Shown one piece after another: positions 59,431 to 64,000 of a DNA stretch of 64,000 nt. Both the position numbers and the translations under genes were made by a program. Source of the stretch: Rickettsiales bacterium (lineage in GTDB: Bacteria; Pseudomonadota; Alphaproteobacteria; Rickettsiales; UBA8987); contig JAHDCD010000001.1 in assembly GCA_020630095.1 (NCBI GenBank), positions 133,698 to 197,697 of the forward strand, given 5' to 3'. Every line of letters starts with the position of its first letter. The stretch's first letter is position 1. The notes under the pieces are model-generated. The model made no database searches. It saw nothing but the letters and a program-made list of their open reading frames with translations, and was not told the origin of the DNA.

Positions 59431-60181
59431 TTACTTAAATGATAATGCTAATCCTGTATTTGTTCCAACTATGGGTGCGTTACATGATGCGCATCTTTCG
59501 TTGGTGGAAAAGGCTAAAGAATTTTCTAATAATATATTGGTTTCGATATTTGTTAACCCGCTACAGTTTAATAATGAAGGGGATTTAAAGCATTACCCAA
59601 GAACTGAAGGTGAGGATATAGCAAAGCTTGAGGAGCAAGGTTTAGCGAAAGCCGTTTTTATACCGTCTGTTGATGAGCTATATGAGAATAATGTAGATAA
59701 TTTTGAGGTGAATATTAACCCTAAAATTGGCAAGGTTTTATGCGGTGCTCATCGTGATGGGCATTTTGAAGGTGTGTGTAAAGTGTTGATGGTTTTTAAT
59801 GATTTAATTAAGCCATCAAATTTAATATTAGGCGCTAAAGATTACCAGCAACTCTTTGTAATCAGTAGGTTGTTTGAAGAGTTTAACTTTAACACTGAAG
59901 TTATTGGCGCGCCATTGATGCGTGAAGATGATGGGCTTGCAATGTCTAGCCGTAATTTACGCTTAACTGATAATGGGCGCAAGATTGCGCCTGAGATTTA
60001 TAGATCTTTAACTAATATAGCATCGGATAAATTAACTATAGAGAGTGAGGCTAAGCGTTTAACTGAACTTGGTTTTGAAATTGATTATTTTGAAGTGCGT
60101 AATTTAAGTGGTAAACAAAATAGGATTTTCATTGCAGCGTTTATTGATGGAGTTAGGTTGATAGATAATTTAGAGATATGA
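59396..60181 (+). CDS. panC: pantoate--beta-alanine ligase
   Basis: FVPTMGALHDAHLSLV, FVNPLQF, SSRN. Confidence 0.9.
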   Translation: MIVIRTKADLSNYLNDNANPVFVPTMGALHDAHLSLVEKAKEFSNNILVSIFVNPLQFNNEGDLKHYPRTEGEDIAKLEEQGLAKAVFIPSVDELYENNVDNFEVNINPKIGKVLCGAHRDGHFEGVCKVLMVFNDLIKPSNLILGAKDYQQLFVISRLFEEFNFNTEVIGAPLMREDDGLAMSSRNLRLTDNGRKIAPEIYRSLTNIASDKLTIESEAKRLTELGFEIDYFEVRNLSGKQNRIFIAAFIDGVRLIDNLEI

Positions 60182-61233
60182 TTAATAATTTAGCTAAAAA
60201 TATACTTCATAAACTTGAACCGGAGAAGGCTCATAATACATCTATTTGGGCGCTGAGGAATGATTTATATATTAAGCCTAAGGCCCAAGAATTTGCTAAT
60301 TTAGAAACGCAAGTTTTTGGAATTAACTTTAAGAACCCTGTAGGGTTTGCCGCGGGGTATGATAAGAACGCGGAAGTTATAAAATCTATCCATAATTTTG
60401 GCTTTGGCTTTACTGAGGTTGGTACATGTACGCCGTTGGCACAGGCTGGTAATGCGAAGCCGCGTATATTTAGATTAACTGAAGATAGAGCGATTATTAA
60501 TCGCTTAGGGTTTAACAATAAAGGTGCAGATTACTTTATTAAACAATTAGTTAACCGCGCAGATACTGGCATAGTTGGCGCTAATATTGGTAAAAATAAA
60601 GATACTGAAGACCCGTTTGCTGATTATGATATTATGCTTAAGAAGGTGTGGGGTTTATCTGATTATATTACGATTAATATATCTTCTCCGAATACGCCGA
60701 ACTTGCGCGATATTCAAAAAAAGGAGTATATTGAAGAGTTTTTAGGCAATATAAAAGCAGCGCGTAAGAAGTTGCAGGATAAAACAGGCGAGAACTACCC
60801 TATTCTATTAAAGGTTGCACCAGATGTTGAGGAAAAAGAAATTAAAAATATCGCAAACGCATCAATTAAGGCGGAGTTAGACGGTTTGATTATATCTAAT
60901 ACTACAATTTCGCGCGATAATATTACTATGGATATTGATGAGCAGGGTGGGCTTTCAGGTGCGCCTTTACTGGATAAATCTACAGAGGTTCTAAAGGAGT
61001 TTTATAAAATTACTCGTGGCTCTAATGTTAAACTTATTGGTGTTGGAGGGGTGGACTCGGCGCAAAATGCTTATGCTAAGATAAAAGCAGGAGCTAGTTT
61101 GGTGCAGGTTTACACGGGCTTTATTTATAAAGGCGTTAATATTGCTAATGAGATTAAAGTGGGTTTATCTGAATTGGTAGAGAAAGATGGCTTTAGGAGT
61201 GTTGAAAATGCCGTGGGTGTGGATTTAGATTAA
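60178..61233 (+). CDS. pyrD: dihydroorotate dehydrogenase (quinone), class 2
   Basis: GFAAGYDKNAE, NISSPNTPNLR, GLIISNTT, GVGGV. Confidence 0.92.
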   Translation: MINNLAKNILHKLEPEKAHNTSIWALRNDLYIKPKAQEFANLETQVFGINFKNPVGFAAGYDKNAEVIKSIHNFGFGFTEVGTCTPLAQAGNAKPRIFRLTEDRAIINRLGFNNKGADYFIKQLVNRADTGIVGANIGKNKDTEDPFADYDIMLKKVWGLSDYITINISSPNTPNLRDIQKKEYIEEFLGNIKAARKKLQDKTGENYPILLKVAPDVEEKEIKNIANASIKAELDGLIISNTTISRDNITMDIDEQGGLSGAPLLDKSTEVLKEFYKITRGSNVKLIGVGGVDSAQNAYAKIKAGASLVQVYTGFIYKGVNIANEIKVGLSELVEKDGFRSVENAVGVDLD

Positions 61234-61271
61234 AATTGACTTAAGTCTATATTCTTCAATTATCTTAATCA

Positions 61272-63248
61272 ATGCATGTAGCTGAAAATATTAACATTCT
61301 ATATGGTCTTATTTTGGGGCTGATGCTACTTTGCGTATTCTTAATTCTTTCTAAAAGGAAATTAAAGAAATCTTCTAATCAAATATCGACTGATAAAAAT
61401 GATCTTAATGAAAAGGTTAGCTTGTTAAGCCAAGAGTCTGAATTAAAAGGATCTTTGATAGATATATTTGACAATATATCTAAGCCGATATGGGTATTTT
61501 CTGCTAATGGAAATATTATCTATTGTAACTCAGCCTATGCAGATTTGGTGGAAGAGGATGAGGAAGAGATTTTTGCAAAGAAGATTAACTTATGTAATGA
61601 GTATAAGGTTGAGGATAAGCCCGTTAGAACTCATATTATTTCACATGGTAAGCGTAACTTTTATGAGCTTACAAAGAGTAAGAAAGGGGAGTTTTTTATC
61701 GGTATTGCTCAAGATGTTACGGAAGTTGAGCGTGAGTTAGCTAATTTAAAATATAATATGGCAGTGCAGAATGACCTGCTAGATAGCTCCGCAAGTGGAA
61801 TTGCAATATATGATTCAAATCAGAATTTAACTTATAATAATAGTTCATTTACTAAGCTATTTTCGCTGGATGATAGTTTTTTAAATAGAAATCCAGCATT
61901 CGGCGAGGTTTTGGAGAATCTGCGTACGAAGTCTATGTTACCAGAGCAAGCGAATTTTGGGCAGTTTAAGCAAGAAGCGCTTGAGATGTTTGAAAATCTA
62001 ATTGGTAAGCATGAGGAGTTTTATTACCTACCGGATGGGCGCGTATTGCGTATTATTGTATTGCCACATCAGAGTGGTGGCTTGTTATTCTCTTATGAGG
62101 ATATGACCAACCAGATAACGCTGGAGCAGTCTTATAATACGTTACTTTCGGTACAGAAATCTACGATTGATAATTTGGCGGAGGGTGTTGCGGTGATTGG
62201 CGAAGATGGGCGCTTACAATTCGCTAACCCTACTTTCCGTAAAATGTGGGGGTTTGAGCGTGAATTTTTAGATTCTAAACCGCATGTTAACGAGGTTTCA
62301 GAGCAGGCGCGTGATAAGTTTAAGAGTGATAAGGATTATATTATTTCTAATAATATAATCATGAAATCCATCTCGGAACATACACCTGCTACAGGTAGCG
62401 TTAGGCTGGCGGATGGAAGTTTATATGAATGGGCGGCGATTCCTCTGCCGGATGGCGCGATATTGCTTACCTTTGTGGATTTAACGGATTCAGCGATGCT
62501 TGAGCAAGCGTTGCGTGCGGAGAAAAAAGCATTGGAAGATGTTCATAAAGTTAAGATTAATTTCCTTACCAACGTATCTAATGAATTGCGTTCTCCGTTG
62601 ACATCTATTAAAGGATTCTCGGAATTGTTGAAGGCGAATTACTTTGGTGATCTTAATGAAAAACAGGGTGAATATGTTGAGGATATTTATCAATCTTCAT
62701 TGCGTTTAGCATCTATGATTGATGATATTTTAGATGTTACTTATTTAGAGGCGGGTAGCTTGCTTTATGAAGAGTATGACTTTAGTGCGAGCAAGGTATT
62801 TGAGAAAGTATTTGCTAGAACTGAGGAACGTGCGGAAGAAAGTAAAATTAATTTAACGCGCAATAAGTTTACCGAAAATGTGGTGCTTAATGGTGATCAA
62901 AAACATTATAAACAGGCGTTAAATAGTTTCTTTGTTTATGCGTTAAAGCTTGTTCCACATAAGGGTAAAATGGATATTGGACAATCTATCGACGATGAGA
63001 AATATCATATATCGATAAAGTTAGATTATAGCCAAGGGGATTTGTCTAGACTTTCTGAGCTGAAACACTTCAATGATGAGGACTTTATGGGCTCTGACCT
63101 TAATTTAATCATTGCAAAGAAGTTCATAGAAATTCATAAAGGCGTATTGCAGGTTGATGAAGAAAAGGATGGTATGCTTGAATTAGGGCTTTCTTTTATA
63201 GTCAATGAGCATCAAAAGCTATTAGAGTTCGAAAAAGATCAAGGTTAG
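61272..63248 (+). CDS. DivL-like PAS-domain pseudo-histidine kinase (His replaced by Asn, degenerate ATP-binding boxes)
   Basis: N-terminal TM, PAS-like repeats. H-box reads FLTNVSNELRSPLTSIKGF (Asn codon AAT at 62580-62582). No clear N, G1 or G2 boxes in the C-terminal domain. Confidence 0.7.
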   Translation: MHVAENINILYGLILGLMLLCVFLILSKRKLKKSSNQISTDKNDLNEKVSLLSQESELKGSLIDIFDNISKPIWVFSANGNIIYCNSAYADLVEEDEEEIFAKKINLCNEYKVEDKPVRTHIISHGKRNFYELTKSKKGEFFIGIAQDVTEVERELANLKYNMAVQNDLLDSSASGIAIYDSNQNLTYNNSSFTKLFSLDDSFLNRNPAFGEVLENLRTKSMLPEQANFGQFKQEALEMFENLIGKHEEFYYLPDGRVLRIIVLPHQSGGLLFSYEDMTNQITLEQSYNTLLSVQKSTIDNLAEGVAVIGEDGRLQFANPTFRKMWGFEREFLDSKPHVNEVSEQARDKFKSDKDYIISNNIIMKSISEHTPATGSVRLADGSLYEWAAIPLPDGAILLTFVDLTDSAMLEQALRAEKKALEDVHKVKINFLTNVSNELRSPLTSIKGFSELLKANYFGDLNEKQGEYVEDIYQSSLRLASMIDDILDVTYLEAGSLLYEEYDFSASKVFEKVFARTEERAEESKINLTRNKFTENVVLNGDQKHYKQALNSFFVYALKLVPHKGKMDIGQSIDDEKYHISIKLDYSQGDLSRLSELKHFNDEDFMGSDLNLIIAKKFIEIHKGVLQVDEEKDGMLELGLSFIVNEHQKLLEFEKDQG

Positions 63249-63250
63249 TA

Positions 63251-64000
63251 ATGAAGTTAGCAACGTATAATATTAATTCAGTTCGTTTAAGGATTGAAAG
63301 GGTTATTCATATTTTAGAAAAATTAGATTTAGATGTTCTGTGTTTGCAGGAAACTAAATGTGAAGATTCTGAGTTCCCTAAAGAAGCTTTCAAAAAAGCA
63401 GGTTATGAGCATTTAGCTATTCGTGGTGAAAAAGCTTATAATGGTGTTGCTATAGTTTCTAGGTTACCAATTAAAGAGAAAAAGGTTTTTAATTTTGTAA
63501 ACCATCATGCGCGCCATGTTTGCGCTAATATTGATGGTATAGATATCCATAATTTTTATGTTCCTGCTGGTGGGATGATTCCAGACAGATTTAGTAATGA
63601 GAAGTTTGAGCATAAACTAAATTATGTTGATGCGTGCGTTGATCATTTTTCTAATAAGAAAAATTCTAGCAATGCAATTATATTAGGTGACCTTAATATT
63701 GCGCCTTATGAGCATGATGTTTGGAGCTCTAAACAGTTGCGTGATGAGGTTTCACACACGGCTATTGAGCGTGAAAAGCTTGATAATTTCAAAAAAGCCG
63801 GAGGATTTGTGGATATCGCTCGTAAATTTATTGACGAGAATGAAAAAATATATTCATGGTGGAGTTATAGAAATCGTGATTGGCGTAAGTCTAACCGCGG
63901 AAGACGCTTGGATCATATCTGGACTTCTGCTAATATAGCTAATGATGTGAAGAGTTATAACGTATATAAAGATTTGCGTGATCCGCTATTTGGCGGTGAA
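63251..64000 (+). CDS. xthA: exodeoxyribonuclease III, 5' part (runs off window end)
   Basis: Own translation from the ATG at 63251: MKLATYNINSVRLR...LCLQETK...GDLNIAP...YSWWSYRNRDWRKSNRGRRLDHIW. Not in ORF track because it lacks a stop. Confidence 0.88.
   Translation, partial: MKLATYNINSVRLRIERVIHILEKLDLDVLCLQETKCEDSEFPKEAFKKAGYEHLAIRGEKAYNGVAIVSRLPIKEKKVFNFVNHHARHVCANIDGIDIHNFYVPAGGMIPDRFSNEKFEHKLNYVDACVDHFSNKKNSSNAIILGDLNIAPYEHDVWSSKQLRDEVSHTAIEREKLDNFKKAGGFVDIARKFIDENEKIYSWWSYRNRDWRKSNRGRRLDHIWTSANIANDVKSYNVYKDLRDPLFGGE

Overview
AT-rich alphaproteobacterial chromosome segment. Lineage markers are a DUF1013/TrcR-type regulator, PleC-type and DivL-type kinases, ExoD, long-form SerC and many CtrA-type boxes. 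An ankyrin/autotransporter protease, ORFan secreted proteins and palindromic elements inside genes suggest a host-associated Rickettsiales/Holosporales-like organism (inference). About 60 CDS are mostly housekeeping: truA, rnpA, rpmB, aspS, tldD, mgtE, fmt, uvrD, frr, pyrH, serC, groESL, hisA, coaBC, metZ, mfd, prfB, rmuC, ispE, msrAB, folD, ppa, pepA, zapE, panC, pyrD, xthA. There are 3 tRNA genes, no rRNA and no CRISPR. Main non-obvious signals follow. (1) Eleven intergenic TTAA-N7-TTAAC (CtrA-consensus) boxes sit in a near-fixed layout (box, 10 nt, -10-like hexamer, 6-8 nt, start codon) in front of almost every ORFan/secreted gene, a candidate lineage-specific CtrA regulon of leaderless ORFan genes. 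(2) All three tRNA genes are flanked by tandem units that each carry a terminal tRNA fragment fused to a small GC hairpin, and a truncated P4-type integrase lies next to tRNA-Ser. (3) A nested-palindrome element family (GTCATT...AATGAC) is inserted in frame in fmt (two copies) and mfd, and abuts the pyrH start codon. (4) A ~250-bp dispersed repeat (2 copies) and a dense array of perfect hairpins flank one ORFan. (5) A DivL-like pseudokinase has Asn in place of the phospho-accepting His. Also present are the canonical prfB +1 frameshift and two head-to-head gene pairs with abutting or overlapping start codons.
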